DNA of 63,039 bases, from contig JAYENT010000013.1 in NCBI GenBank assembly GCA_034722245.1, positions 3,496 through 66,534 on the forward strand, written 5' to 3'. Made by a program: the position numbers and the translations under genes. This DNA is from Chloroflexota bacterium (GTDB lineage Bacteria > Chloroflexota > Anaerolineae > UBA1429). Positions 38,630 to 47,461 of the stretch are shown here, one piece after another. The notes below the pieces were generated by a model. The model was given only the letters and a program-made list of their open reading frames with translations. It was not told where the DNA came from and did not search any database. How positions within the stretch are numbered: the first letter of the stretch is position 1; the number at the start of each line of letters is the position of its first letter.

Positions 38630-40093
38630 ATGAAAGTGAAATCCGCGATGAGTCGTAGGGAATTACTTCGCTACTTGGCAGCAGGATCGGCTGGGATCGC
38701 CCTTGCAGCCTGCCAGCCAAAGGTTGTGGAGAAAGTTGTGACTAAGGAGGTGGAGAAAGTAGTCACCAAAGAGGTCGAAAAAGTCGTCAAGGAGACGGTG
38801 GAGGTTGAAAAAGAGGTCACGCGCGTCGTCGAGAAGGAAGTGGAGGCTGCACCTGAGGAGCAGGTTACGCTGCGCATCCATACGAACCAGGGCGACCAGT
38901 GGTACGGCTGGATGAAGGATGCCTGGGATCAGAATGTAGGCGGTTGGCGGAGCGAACATCCCAATATCGATCTGAAGTTTGAGCCCGTTGCCGGCTGGAC
39001 GGCTGACTATTTCCCCAAGATATTCGCCCACGTGGCTGCGGGAACCTTGGGCGATATCGTCTGGTATCCTCCACGCCACCGCAATCATATCAGCTGGGGC
39101 ATCGAGTATGATATCGTCCGCGATTTGATGCCTCTAGTCGAAGCGGATGGTTATGATCTTGGCCAGTTTTATCCTGGCGTCATCGAGGCGGCGAGCTGGG
39201 AAGGCAAGTATTTCTGGATGCCTATCACCTCTGAGCCGTCGTGTCCTGTGATTGCCTATAACAAGGATATGGTCGCGGAGATGGGGCTGCCCGAACCTCA
39301 AAACGATTGGGACTATATGCAACTGACGGATTGGGCGGTGGAGGCCACGACCGATGACGTTTGGGGGTATCATACGGGGCATATGAGCGCACATCCCATC
39401 GCCTGCACACCCCAGTATCGCCAGTTCGGGGTCAAGATGGTCTCCGATGATGGGAAGACGGTGTTGCCTGATGACGCCTCCAAGGAGGCGGTGAAAAAGG
39501 TCCTGCAGTGGCGTTACGATCTGATCTACGAGCACAAGACCATGCCAGAGCCCGGTGTCGAATTCCATGTGGACGAGATGTTCTGTGCTGGCAAGTTACT
39601 TTCTTTCGGCGTCTGGCCCGTGATGCTTAACAAACTGCCCGTCGCCCTCGTCGGCGACAAGTTTGACGTGGGCTTTTTCTATACGCCACTCGACGAACAG
39701 GGCGCGGAACGGCGCAGTATGTTGAACGAGCACGTGCACGGGTTGACGACCGCCTCAGAGCATCCTGAGGAGGGCTTTGAGTATCTCAAGTGGCACTCGA
39801 GTCTGGAGTTCTGCGTACAAGGGTTGCTCTCCGGCAAAGGTGCACCCGTTGGCCGGCCTGACCTATTCGAGGATGAGCGGGCTCTCAGGATCTTTCCCGG
39901 ATTGGAGTTGCTTGAGCCCATCATGGCCAATATTGAGCCCGATTTCTTTGTGGGCAACTTCCGCGGCGAGGAGTTTGACAGTGAATGGAATGCACCGTGT
40001 AGCCGGGTCATGCTGGACGAGATCAGTGCCGAGGAAGCGGTGGATGAAATAGTGGAGAAGTGTCAGATTGTGTTGGACAAGCTCCCTGCTTAG
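38630..40093 (+). CDS. Carbohydrate ABC transporter substrate-binding lipoprotein (Tat signal)
   Basis: SRRELL twin-arginine motif, LAAC lipobox, VEKVVTKE repeats, AAGTLGDI, YNKDM. ATG after an AGGAGG-containing RBS region. Confidence 0.9.
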   Translation: MKVKSAMSRRELLRYLAAGSAGIALAACQPKVVEKVVTKEVEKVVTKEVEKVVKETVEVEKEVTRVVEKEVEAAPEEQVTLRIHTNQGDQWYGWMKDAWDQNVGGWRSEHPNIDLKFEPVAGWTADYFPKIFAHVAAGTLGDIVWYPPRHRNHISWGIEYDIVRDLMPLVEADGYDLGQFYPGVIEAASWEGKYFWMPITSEPSCPVIAYNKDMVAEMGLPEPQNDWDYMQLTDWAVEATTDDVWGYHTGHMSAHPIACTPQYRQFGVKMVSDDGKTVLPDDASKEAVKKVLQWRYDLIYEHKTMPEPGVEFHVDEMFCAGKLLSFGVWPVMLNKLPVALVGDKFDVGFFYTPLDEQGAERRSMLNEHVHGLTTASEHPEEGFEYLKWHSSLEFCVQGLLSGKGAPVGRPDLFEDERALRIFPGLELLEPIMANIEPDFFVGNFRGEEFDSEWNAPCSRVMLDEISAEEAVDEIVEKCQIVLDKLPA

Positions 40094-40115
40094 TTCGTTT
40101 TTCTGAACGTGGATG

Positions 40116-40152
40116 TCCGGAAGATGCCACCAGCGATGGGGCATCTTCCGGA
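40116..40152 (+). other. Intercistronic stem-loop after the SBP gene (mRNA stabiliser or attenuator)
   Basis: TCCGGAAGATGCC-N11-GGCATCTTCCGGA, 13-bp perfect inverted repeat. Confidence 0.65.
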
Positions 40153-40323
40153 GAGAGTTGTTTTCGGAGCTTTTTCTTTTCACTTGAGTTTTTAGATCCC
40201 TGCTGGGTGAAGCGTAAGATAGGTTTTCCTTACGGCAGTTCTGGGAATAAGTGCGGGGCAACGGGGCGGTCACGCTTTTCAGTATAATCAGTTTCGTACT
40301 TTTAGGAGAAAGGGAGAGGGTAG

Positions 40324-41274
40324 ATGGCTTCTTCTGTCACGGCGGAGGCGTTGTCCTCGGAGAAGCGAGGAATGTCGGCGCGGGAGCGACGGCATACAAT
40401 CTATGGATATGTCTTTTTGTCCCCTTGGATCGTTGGCTTCCTGGCGTTTACAGCCGTGCCTATCGTAGCATCCATAGTTCTCAGCTTCACGCGCTACAGC
40501 GTCCTGCGTGCGCCCGAGTTCATAGGCCTTCGGAATTGGCGCCACGCTCTATTAGGAGGGGATTATCTGATGTGGCCCTCCATCGGGCGCTCTTTCTATT
40601 ACGCACTGATATCGGTTCCCACCGGCTTGGTGCTCTCACTGCTGTTAGCTGTGCTGTTGAATCAGAATCTGCGGGTGACGGCCATGTGGCGTACCTTCTT
40701 TTTCCTTCCCAGCTTGACGCCCTCGGTAGCCACAGCCTTCGTGTGGAGGTGGCTAATGAACTCCGAGATGGGGATTTTCAGGATGGTCTTTGATGCTGTG
40801 GGGCTTCCGATGCCCAACTGGCTGGGCAGCACAGAGTGGGCGCTCCCCTCGCTGGCCATTATTTCCCTGTGGGGCAGTGTGGGGGGCTCGGGGATGATTA
40901 TCTTCCTGGCCGGGCTACAGGATATTCCCGCCGAACTCCTGGAGGCGGCGGAGATCGACGGGGCGGGGCGATGGCGCAAATTTCGGAGCATCACATTGCC
41001 CTTGCTGAGTCCCGTCATCTTTTTCAATCTGGTGATGGGCATCATCGGGGCGTTACGCGTCTTTGGTCTGGCCTTTGTCGCGACGGGGGGAGGACCAGCC
41101 CATGCCACCTATTTTATCTCGTTACATATCTATAATACGGCTTTCATATACTTTGATATGGGCTATGCTGCGGCGGTGTCCTGGATCCTTGCCGCCATCG
41201 TCATCGCCTTGACTATATTGCAGTTTAGCCTGTCCGAGCGATGGGTGTTCTATCAAGGGGAGGTGCGAGGATGA
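40324..41274 (+). CDS. Carbohydrate ABC transporter permease 1
   Basis: GYVFLSPW, FIGLRNW, RTFFFLPS, LAGLQDIP.EL.EAAEIDGA (EAA loop), ITLPLLSP. Confidence 0.94.
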   Translation: MASSVTAEALSSEKRGMSARERRHTIYGYVFLSPWIVGFLAFTAVPIVASIVLSFTRYSVLRAPEFIGLRNWRHALLGGDYLMWPSIGRSFYYALISVPTGLVLSLLLAVLLNQNLRVTAMWRTFFFLPSLTPSVATAFVWRWLMNSEMGIFRMVFDAVGLPMPNWLGSTEWALPSLAIISLWGSVGGSGMIIFLAGLQDIPAELLEAAEIDGAGRWRKFRSITLPLLSPVIFFNLVMGIIGALRVFGLAFVATGGGPAHATYFISLHIYNTAFIYFDMGYAAAVSWILAAIVIALTILQFSLSERWVFYQGEVRG

Positions 41275-42191
41275 TCGCGGAAGCGAAAAGGGCACAGAGT
41301 TTGTCCCAAGAAACAGAGGCGAGCATTCTCAGCAAGATCCAGCTGGATAGAATCCTTCTCTATGTAGTGGTGGCCCTAGGTAGTTTTATCTTTATGTTTC
41401 CCTTTATGTGGGCCTTTATTAGTTCGGGAAAGACCGTTTCTGAGATAAACATCTTTCCTCCTACCTTGTGGCCCAAGCACCCGCAGTTCGTCAAGAACTA
41501 TACCCAGATATTTATAGAGGCCCCTTTCCTCCTCTGGATAAAGAACTCCCTGGTGGTAACGGCGCTGAACCTGTCGGGAACCGTGATTTCGGCCTCGATT
41601 GTGGCCTACTCCTTCGCGCGCTTCAAATATCCAGGGCGGGATATCTTGTTCTTTATCATGCTCTCGACCATGATGATCCCCAGCGAAGTACAGCTCATTC
41701 CCACTTACCTCATTTTTCACAAGCTGGGATGGGTCAATACGATCAAACCCCTTTGGGTGCCGGCCTGGTTGGGGGGCGGTGCGTTTAACATCTTTTTGCT
41801 GCGTCAGTTCTATATGGGCATTCCCCTGGATCTGGACGAATCAGCGGAGATCGATGGAGCGGGTCCCCTGCGTATCTTTTTGACCATCATATTGCCACTG
41901 TCCAAGCCGGTCTTAGGGACGGTGGCGGCCCTTAGCTTCATCGGTAACTGGAACAATTTTATGGGGCCTTTGATCTATCTCAACGATCCGGAAAAGTTGA
42001 CTGTTGCGGTGGGCCTGCGAGTCTTCTCACAGGGAGTTACCAGTAGTGGCATGCAGGCTGGTTTAGCACCTCCCCAGTATAACCTAGTCATGGCCGCCAG
42101 CATCGTGGTCGCCGCACCCTGTTTGATACTTTTCTTTGTGGCACAGAGGTATTTTGTGCAGGGCATAGTCACGACGGGGATAAAAGGATAG
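41271..42191 (+). CDS. Carbohydrate ABC transporter permease 2
   Basis: AYSFAR, IFLLRQF..IP.DL.ESAEIDGA, IILPLSKP, WNNFMGPLIY, QRYFVQGI..TGIKG. Confidence 0.94.
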   Translation: MIAEAKRAQSLSQETEASILSKIQLDRILLYVVVALGSFIFMFPFMWAFISSGKTVSEINIFPPTLWPKHPQFVKNYTQIFIEAPFLLWIKNSLVVTALNLSGTVISASIVAYSFARFKYPGRDILFFIMLSTMMIPSEVQLIPTYLIFHKLGWVNTIKPLWVPAWLGGGAFNIFLLRQFYMGIPLDLDESAEIDGAGPLRIFLTIILPLSKPVLGTVAALSFIGNWNNFMGPLIYLNDPEKLTVAVGLRVFSQGVTSSGMQAGLAPPQYNLVMAASIVVAAPCLILFFVAQRYFVQGIVTTGIKG

Positions 42192-42211
42192 TGCAGATAC
42201 CGCTAACGCGT

Positions 42212-42258
42212 AAGCGTGGTTAGTCAGAACCTTTTTCGAATGACCAACCACGCTTTTC
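42212..42258. terminator. Intrinsic terminator after the ABC operon
   Basis: AAGCGTGGTTAGTCA-N14-TGACCAACCACGCTT followed by TT. Confidence 0.72.
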
Positions 42259-42267
42259 CTTATTGAT

Positions 42268-42861
42268 CTACACCCAGACGAGATACTTGCTTGCCGCCCA
42301 GAGATAGGTGCCGTTGACGGAAACCTGGGTCCACTTTAGCCCGCTTCCCCAGCGGGTAGCGCCCGTGGGCTGCAGGATGGTGCCGTAGGGCACGATTCGC
42401 CGCGTATAGTACCAAAGACCGGGCCCGGATCTCAGGCGCAGACCTCCGTAGGCGACCACTTTCACGCCACTTTCGCCTGTAGGGGAATACCCAGAGTAAT
42501 TCGCCAGGTAGGCGGAGGCACAGAATCCCTCATAAGTCCATCCCCAGCGGCGGACGTGGACGAACGTCCAAGAGATGCCCTGGTTCCAGACGGGACCTGC
42601 CGAGGGATAGACCGTCTCGCCGTTATACAGCACGAGGATGATGCGGTCGGTGAGACTGGGACCCTCTCGCAGCCGAAGACCGTATGGCGCTCTCACCGTC
42701 GTCGGTGTGCCCTCGATGGGCGGTGCGGCTACAGTGGGGGGCGCGTCCCCATCACCGCTTGGTGGAACGGGTGGGGCTGCTTGTACGCTCAGCGGGGCCA
42801 CGAACAGCGCCGTCATAAGCATGGCCGTGGCTATGACGTAGGTTAATTTTCGTCTTCCCAT
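42268..42861 (-). CDS. Secreted protein with two bacterial SH3 (SH3b)-like repeats
   Basis: Signal peptide (..SVQA), Pro-rich linker, two repeats GLRLREGPS / GLRLRSGPG ... W..V ... ASAYL / ASKYL. ATG 42861 after AAGGAG. Confidence 0.78.
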   Translation of the reverse strand: MGRRKLTYVIATAMLMTALFVAPLSVQAAPPVPPSGDGDAPPTVAAPPIEGTPTTVRAPYGLRLREGPSLTDRIILVLYNGETVYPSAGPVWNQGISWTFVHVRRWGWTYEGFCASAYLANYSGYSPTGESGVKVVAYGGLRLRSGPGLWYYTRRIVPYGTILQPTGATRWGSGLKWTQVSVNGTYLWAASKYLVWV

Positions 42862-43289
42862 CGCCTTTTCTCCTTTCCACATCTTAGAGATAGCATCTAC
42901 CATAGAGCTCTCACTATCGTACACATTTTGCACGCCCAACATTCTCCGTGGATGCGGGGTGGGCTATCGCCCCTTTCAAAACCAAGTGTACCACTTTCTT
43001 GTGGGATGCGCAACACCTTGGCGCGCTAAGGAAACGACAAAATAGCATATGTCACGTGCGGTCACGCAGGGTGCTTGGGGTGCACATGAGTGTTGTCGGT
43101 ATGGCGATTATTCTACGTGTCTCGCGTTTCCGCCCTGTCCCCCTCCAGTCCTCTAAGTGTGGGAGAGGGGAGACTAGGCCAGGTTGGCGATCCGGAGTCG
43201 GTTTTCGTTTACGTAGAGAGGAATAAGGCTCTTCCAAAAGTTGCATCTGGATCGGCTAAAGACTTGCATACATCCGGCGCTCAAGGTGC

Positions 43290-43318
43290 TTGCGAGGTGT
43301 CCCTGTCCGTGCTAAAAT
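43290..43318 (+). promoter_or_regulatory. Possible sigma70 promoter for the amidohydrolase-glk operon
   Basis: TTGCGA-N17-TAAAAT. Confidence 0.5.
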
Positions 43319-43462
43319 GATTGCCACAACAGGGGCATTCGAAGCGCCTTTTGGTGATGGTAGGGCGCTCCTCGATGACCCCGGATTGGGCGCTTCCGGG
43401 CTGGAGTGTTCTTCCGTTTGGCTTGGCCTATGGTATTAGAGCGTTCATATACGGAGGGAATA

Positions 43463-44218
43463 ATGTACATTGATGCAGACTGTCACATTTCCGGACGTGA
43501 GGATGGCAACAGCATAGGTATTGATGAATTGCTGTCGCAATTGGACCTGGTGGGGGTGGAAAGGGCCGTCTGCTGGCCCATGGTCTCCTACACGCGTGAG
43601 ATGGCGGCCGATAACGAGGCTATCTATGAGGGGATGAAGGCCCATCCCGAGCGCATCATCGGCTTTGGGGGCGTCAATCCCCTGCTTGGGCTTGATAAAG
43701 CCAGAGATGAGTTACGCCGGTGTATAGAGGTATACGGTTTCAAGGGAATAAAGCTGAACGGCGCCCGCGATGGCTACTATATCGACGATCCTGAGCTGAG
43801 CCTGCCCCTTGTGGAGATGATCGCTAAGGCCGGCCTCGTGCTGGCGTTCCATTGTGGATCCAACGACTTTGAGAAGACTCATCCCTTTCGCATTGCCAAA
43901 GTCTCTGATGCCTTTCCCAATTTGCCCATTATGGTGATCCATATGGGCGGCGCGGGACGGCCTGATCTGCATGATGCAGCCATAGAGTTTGCGGAGCAAT
44001 ATCCTCAGTGGTATCTCGTCGATTCTGAGGCCGACTACCGAAAGGTTCTTCAAGCCGTGGAAACCCTTGGAGCTGACCGCATCTGCTACGGCAGCGACAC
44101 TCCCTTTTGTCCCATGCGTTTCGAGTGGGGCATCAGACAGGTGGTGTATCAGGACTTGAAAGCGGAGGAAAGAGCAAAAGTACTTGGCGGGAACATGGCG
44201 GGGTTGTTACAGTTGTAA
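43463..44218 (+). CDS. Amidohydrolase family 2 protein
   Basis: IDADCH, P.RIIGF, GFKGIKL, FHCG, IHMGG, YGSDTPF, VLGGN. Confidence 0.88.
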   Translation: MYIDADCHISGREDGNSIGIDELLSQLDLVGVERAVCWPMVSYTREMAADNEAIYEGMKAHPERIIGFGGVNPLLGLDKARDELRRCIEVYGFKGIKLNGARDGYYIDDPELSLPLVEMIAKAGLVLAFHCGSNDFEKTHPFRIAKVSDAFPNLPIMVIHMGGAGRPDLHDAAIEFAEQYPQWYLVDSEADYRKVLQAVETLGADRICYGSDTPFCPMRFEWGIRQVVYQDLKAEERAKVLGGNMAGLLQL

Positions 44219-44302
44219 GCCTTACTTCCTAATAATGGGATATTCTTTCTTCAGGGGCATCCCACTATTGTGTGACGCTCTTTTGCCTGGATTCATGAGA
44301 GG

Positions 44303-45295
44303 ATGAAACGCATGCTTCTGGTGGCTGATATTGGGGCGACGAAAACCAATCTGGCGATCTTTTCTCGGGAAGATGGCCCGCGGCAGCCTTTGGCTGAGGC
44401 CTCTTTCTCCAGCGAGGAGTATAAGGGGCTGGAGGCCGTGGTGCGAGATTTTCTGCAAGGTGTTGATCTTCCCGTGGATAGAGCTTGCGTTGGCGTCGCT
44501 GGTCCGGTGATCGACGGACGTGCCCGGGTCACAAATCTGCCCTGGGTCATCGATGAGACCGAACTGGAAGAGGCTTTGGAACTCTCCCGGGTCCGCGTTC
44601 TAAACGATCTCGAAGCCACCGCCAATGCGATACCCATTCTGGAAGAAGGGGATGTGGAAACGCTGAACGTAGGCAGGCCCGTACCTTATGGTCCCGTGGG
44701 AATCGTTGCCCCTGGTACCGGACTGGGCGAAGGGTTTCTCGTTTGGGATGGCTCCCGCTATCGGGCCTATGCCTCGGAAGGTGGCCATACCGATTTTGGT
44801 CCCAACAGTTCTGAAGAGAGGGGACTGCTCGAATACCTGCGCGAGCAGTTCGACCATGTAAGCTATGAGAGGGTATGTTCGGGTATGGGCATTTCCAACA
44901 TCTATGACTATTTGAGGGCCAGTGGATATGCTGATGAACCGGCGTGGATGAGCGAACGACTCGAGGGGGTTAAGGATAAGACGCCCCTCATCGTTGAAAC
45001 GGCGTTGGACTCTGAGAAAGAATGCGCTCTCTGTTCCAGGACGCTCGAGATGTTTCTCTCCATACTTGGCGCTGAGGCCGGCAATCTGGTGCTCAAGCTC
45101 ATGGCCACTGGGGGCGTTTATTTGGGGGGCGGCATCCCGCCGCGGATCCTCTCCGCTTTGAAAGAAGATACATTCATGGAGGGGTTTTTAAATAAAGGGC
45201 GTATGAACTATGTCGTGAAAAAGATCCCCGTTCATGTTATTCTAACACCCAAAGCGGCTCTCTGGGGGGCAGCATATTATGGTCTTGGCGAATAG
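44303..45295 (+). CDS. glk: Glucokinase
   Basis: ADIGATKT, GVAGPV, TNLPW, LNDLEA, APGTGLG, SEGGHTDF, SYERVCSG, GGVYLGGGI, KGRM. Confidence 0.93.
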   Translation: MKRMLLVADIGATKTNLAIFSREDGPRQPLAEASFSSEEYKGLEAVVRDFLQGVDLPVDRACVGVAGPVIDGRARVTNLPWVIDETELEEALELSRVRVLNDLEATANAIPILEEGDVETLNVGRPVPYGPVGIVAPGTGLGEGFLVWDGSRYRAYASEGGHTDFGPNSSEERGLLEYLREQFDHVSYERVCSGMGISNIYDYLRASGYADEPAWMSERLEGVKDKTPLIVETALDSEKECALCSRTLEMFLSILGAEAGNLVLKLMATGGVYLGGGIPPRILSALKEDTFMEGFLNKGRMNYVVKKIPVHVILTPKAALWGAAYYGLGE

Positions 45296-45335
45296 GGTTA
45301 TCCGTACAGATATTTGGAAGGACTGATAGATTATC

Positions 45336-46358
45336 ATGATGACGCCTCGTCAAGTAGTGGAAAAGGCTATTCATTTTGAGAATCCAGATCGCTTGCCCAT
45401 GCGCTTTGCTTCGCTGGGGATCAACGATACGCACAGCGTGCCCACAAATGCCGTGGGCACGGGTGACCATAGCAAACGTGAGGCGTACGACGAGTGGCAT
45501 TGCCTGTGGACGCGCAGTGAAGTCGCCAACATGGGGCAGGTGAAAGGCCATCCTCTGGAGGATTGGGATGATATAGAGCAGTATGTTTGGCCCGATCCCG
45601 ATGATCCGGCCTACTATACCGGCATGGAGGATCGATTCGAGGGCGCTGAGGACAAGTATGTCACGACGAGTATCTTTATGCTGCTCTTTGAGCGTATGCA
45701 TTCTTTGCGAGGCATGATCAATGTGCTGACCGAGTTACATACGGACCGTGGGAGGATGAAGTATCTGGCTGATCGCATCGTCGATTTCGATCTGGCCGTT
45801 ATTCAGAATATCGGACAGCGCTTTCCTGGGCGGATTGACGGCTTCACGTTTACCGACGACTGGGGCACAGAGTTGGCGACTTTTATCAGCCCCAAGATGT
45901 GGTGCGATTTCTTTCAGCCCCGCTATGCCAAAATTTTCGATGCCGCGCATAAGCAGGGCTGGGATGTGTGGATGCATACTTGTGGCAAGGTAAACGCGAT
46001 CATTGAGCCTCTTATCGAGATCGGTTTGGACGTCATAAACTTGCAGCAACCTCGCGCTCTGGGTATCGAGGAGATCGGAAGCAGGTATGCAGGGCGTATC
46101 TGTTTCGAGTCATTGTGTGACATCCAGGCGACACTGCCTTTCAAGGGGGAAAAGGAGATTCGTAAGGAGGCCAAGTTGCTTTTGCAACATTGGGCTACTT
46201 CGGAAGGGGGATTCATACTATCGGACTATGGGGATGGCGAAGCGATAGGGGTACCCCTCTGGAAAAAGAACGTCATGCTCGATGCTTTCCGCGATTTTGA
46301 TCCTTACCGGTCGAGTATGGATGACAGGGCGCGTGTAAAGGAGGATGTGAGAAAGTGA
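45336..46358 (+). CDS. Uroporphyrinogen decarboxylase / MtaA-CmuA methyltransferase superfamily protein
   Basis: PDRLP, DEW.C.W, HPLEDW, LFER..LRG, DDWG, FFQPRY, HTCG, DIQ..LP, GGFI. Confidence 0.82.
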   Translation: MMTPRQVVEKAIHFENPDRLPMRFASLGINDTHSVPTNAVGTGDHSKREAYDEWHCLWTRSEVANMGQVKGHPLEDWDDIEQYVWPDPDDPAYYTGMEDRFEGAEDKYVTTSIFMLLFERMHSLRGMINVLTELHTDRGRMKYLADRIVDFDLAVIQNIGQRFPGRIDGFTFTDDWGTELATFISPKMWCDFFQPRYAKIFDAAHKQGWDVWMHTCGKVNAIIEPLIEIGLDVINLQQPRALGIEEIGSRYAGRICFESLCDIQATLPFKGEKEIRKEAKLLLQHWATSEGGFILSDYGDGEAIGVPLWKKNVMLDAFRDFDPYRSSMDDRARVKEDVRK

Positions 46359-46807
46359 AGGACTGGTGGCAAGATTACCCATGGCGTCTCATTCAGACGA
46401 ACTTGCGCGAGATCGACATGCTGGATATCGATGCGCAACGTTTCATGGCCGATTTGCAGGCTTTCAAAGCCACCGTTGTGCTCCTGAACGTAGGGGGTAT
46501 CATCGCCAGTTACTCTACCGAACTGCCGTTTCATTTTCAGAGTCCCTTTCTAGAGGGGGATAGCCTTCAGGAGATCATTTCTGCCTGTCATGCGCGGGAT
46601 ATCAAAGTACTTGCCCGCACAGATTTTTCCAAGGACATTGAGGTTTCGCTTCCGTTCCACTATGAGGCTGTCTCGGTGGAAAGTTTGGTAACTGGTGGAA
46701 CGTACAACGTGGATTTGAAAGAGGATGGGCTTGTGATACACGTACCGAAGGTGGAACTCTTTGATGCCATCAAGATTCAGCCGTGGCCGGCAGGGGCGCA
46801 GATATGA
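46355..46807 (+). pseudogene. Internally deleted glycoside hydrolase (GHL6/GH42-like); N- and C-terminal ends fused in frame
   Basis: The N-terminus (WW..PWRLIQTNLREID...NVGGIIASY...GDSL.EI..ACH..DIKVLARTDFSK) stops mid TIM barrel. It joins a beta-rich C-terminal tail (DIEVSLP...IHVPKVELFDAIKI). Only 150 aa. Confidence 0.7.
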
Positions 46808-47310
46808 TTCCTGTGATTTCGGTTGTTGGATGGCACAATGTGGGGAAAACGGGATTTGTAGTGGCCTTGGTGGAGGCGTTGAAGCAGCGAGGATTGCGCG
46901 TTGCGACTATAAAGCATACGAGAGGTTCTTTTGACCTGGATCAGCCGGGAACCGACACCTGGCGGCATGCCCAGGCCGGGAGCGACGTGGTAGTGATCTC
47001 TGGGCAATCGAAATTGGCTTTTATCGAGCGTCGGGAGTGTGAGTTGCCGTTGGATGACATTGTTGCTCGATTGCCTGCAGATATCGATCTGGTGATTACC
47101 GAGGGATACAAGGGGGGGGATAAACCCAAAATTGAGATTACTTCAGAGAAGCATGAACGAGCACGGATAGCTTCTCCAGATGAGCTAATTGCCCTGATCG
47201 ATCAAGAGGATGTAGCCAATTCAGGTCAACGGTTTGATGCTAAAACGATCGACGGGATTGTGGGGTTGCTGGAGCAAAAAGGTTTTATCGGGTTGCCGGG
47301 ACGAGGCTAG
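46804..47310 (+). CDS. mobB: Molybdopterin-guanine dinucleotide biosynthesis protein B
   Basis: VVGWHNVGKT P-loop, VATIKH, D.PG.DTWRH..AG, DLVITEGYK..DKPKI. Confidence 0.92.
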   Translation: MIPVISVVGWHNVGKTGFVVALVEALKQRGLRVATIKHTRGSFDLDQPGTDTWRHAQAGSDVVVISGQSKLAFIERRECELPLDDIVARLPADIDLVITEGYKGGDKPKIEITSEKHERARIASPDELIALIDQEDVANSGQRFDAKTIDGIVGLLEQKGFIGLPGRG

Positions 47311-47461
47311 AGTTCTGTAGTGTTTTCGTATAGTAAGATTAGAAACATATTGTACAGTGTCTCTTTGCTTGCTATTAACTAGGAAGAAATGCACTATACG
47401 AAAGACTTCTGTGGTATGCGTATCCAAAGTATAAGATAATCCTTCGCTACCGCATGGGGGA

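Noticed and set aside
38720-38845. Repeated GAGAAAGT/GTGGAG units
   Set aside because: Protein-level VEKVVTKE repeat with synonymous variation and no spacers; not CRISPR.
43133-43172. CCCCTCC...GGGAGAGGGG REP-like element
   Set aside because: Single degenerate copy in the window; cannot be supported as a repeat family.
43352-43385. GGTGATGG...GATGACCCC resembling a fluoride riboswitch
   Set aside because: The required P1 complement is missing and the downstream genes are not fluoride-related.
45336-46358. hemE call
   Set aside because: It lacks the RQAGR motif of true uroporphyrinogen decarboxylase and sits in a sugar-catabolic context.
47311-47461. AT-rich intergenic patch as a possible island boundary
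   Set aside because: No integrase, tRNA, direct repeats or IS ends, and the flanking genes are housekeeping.
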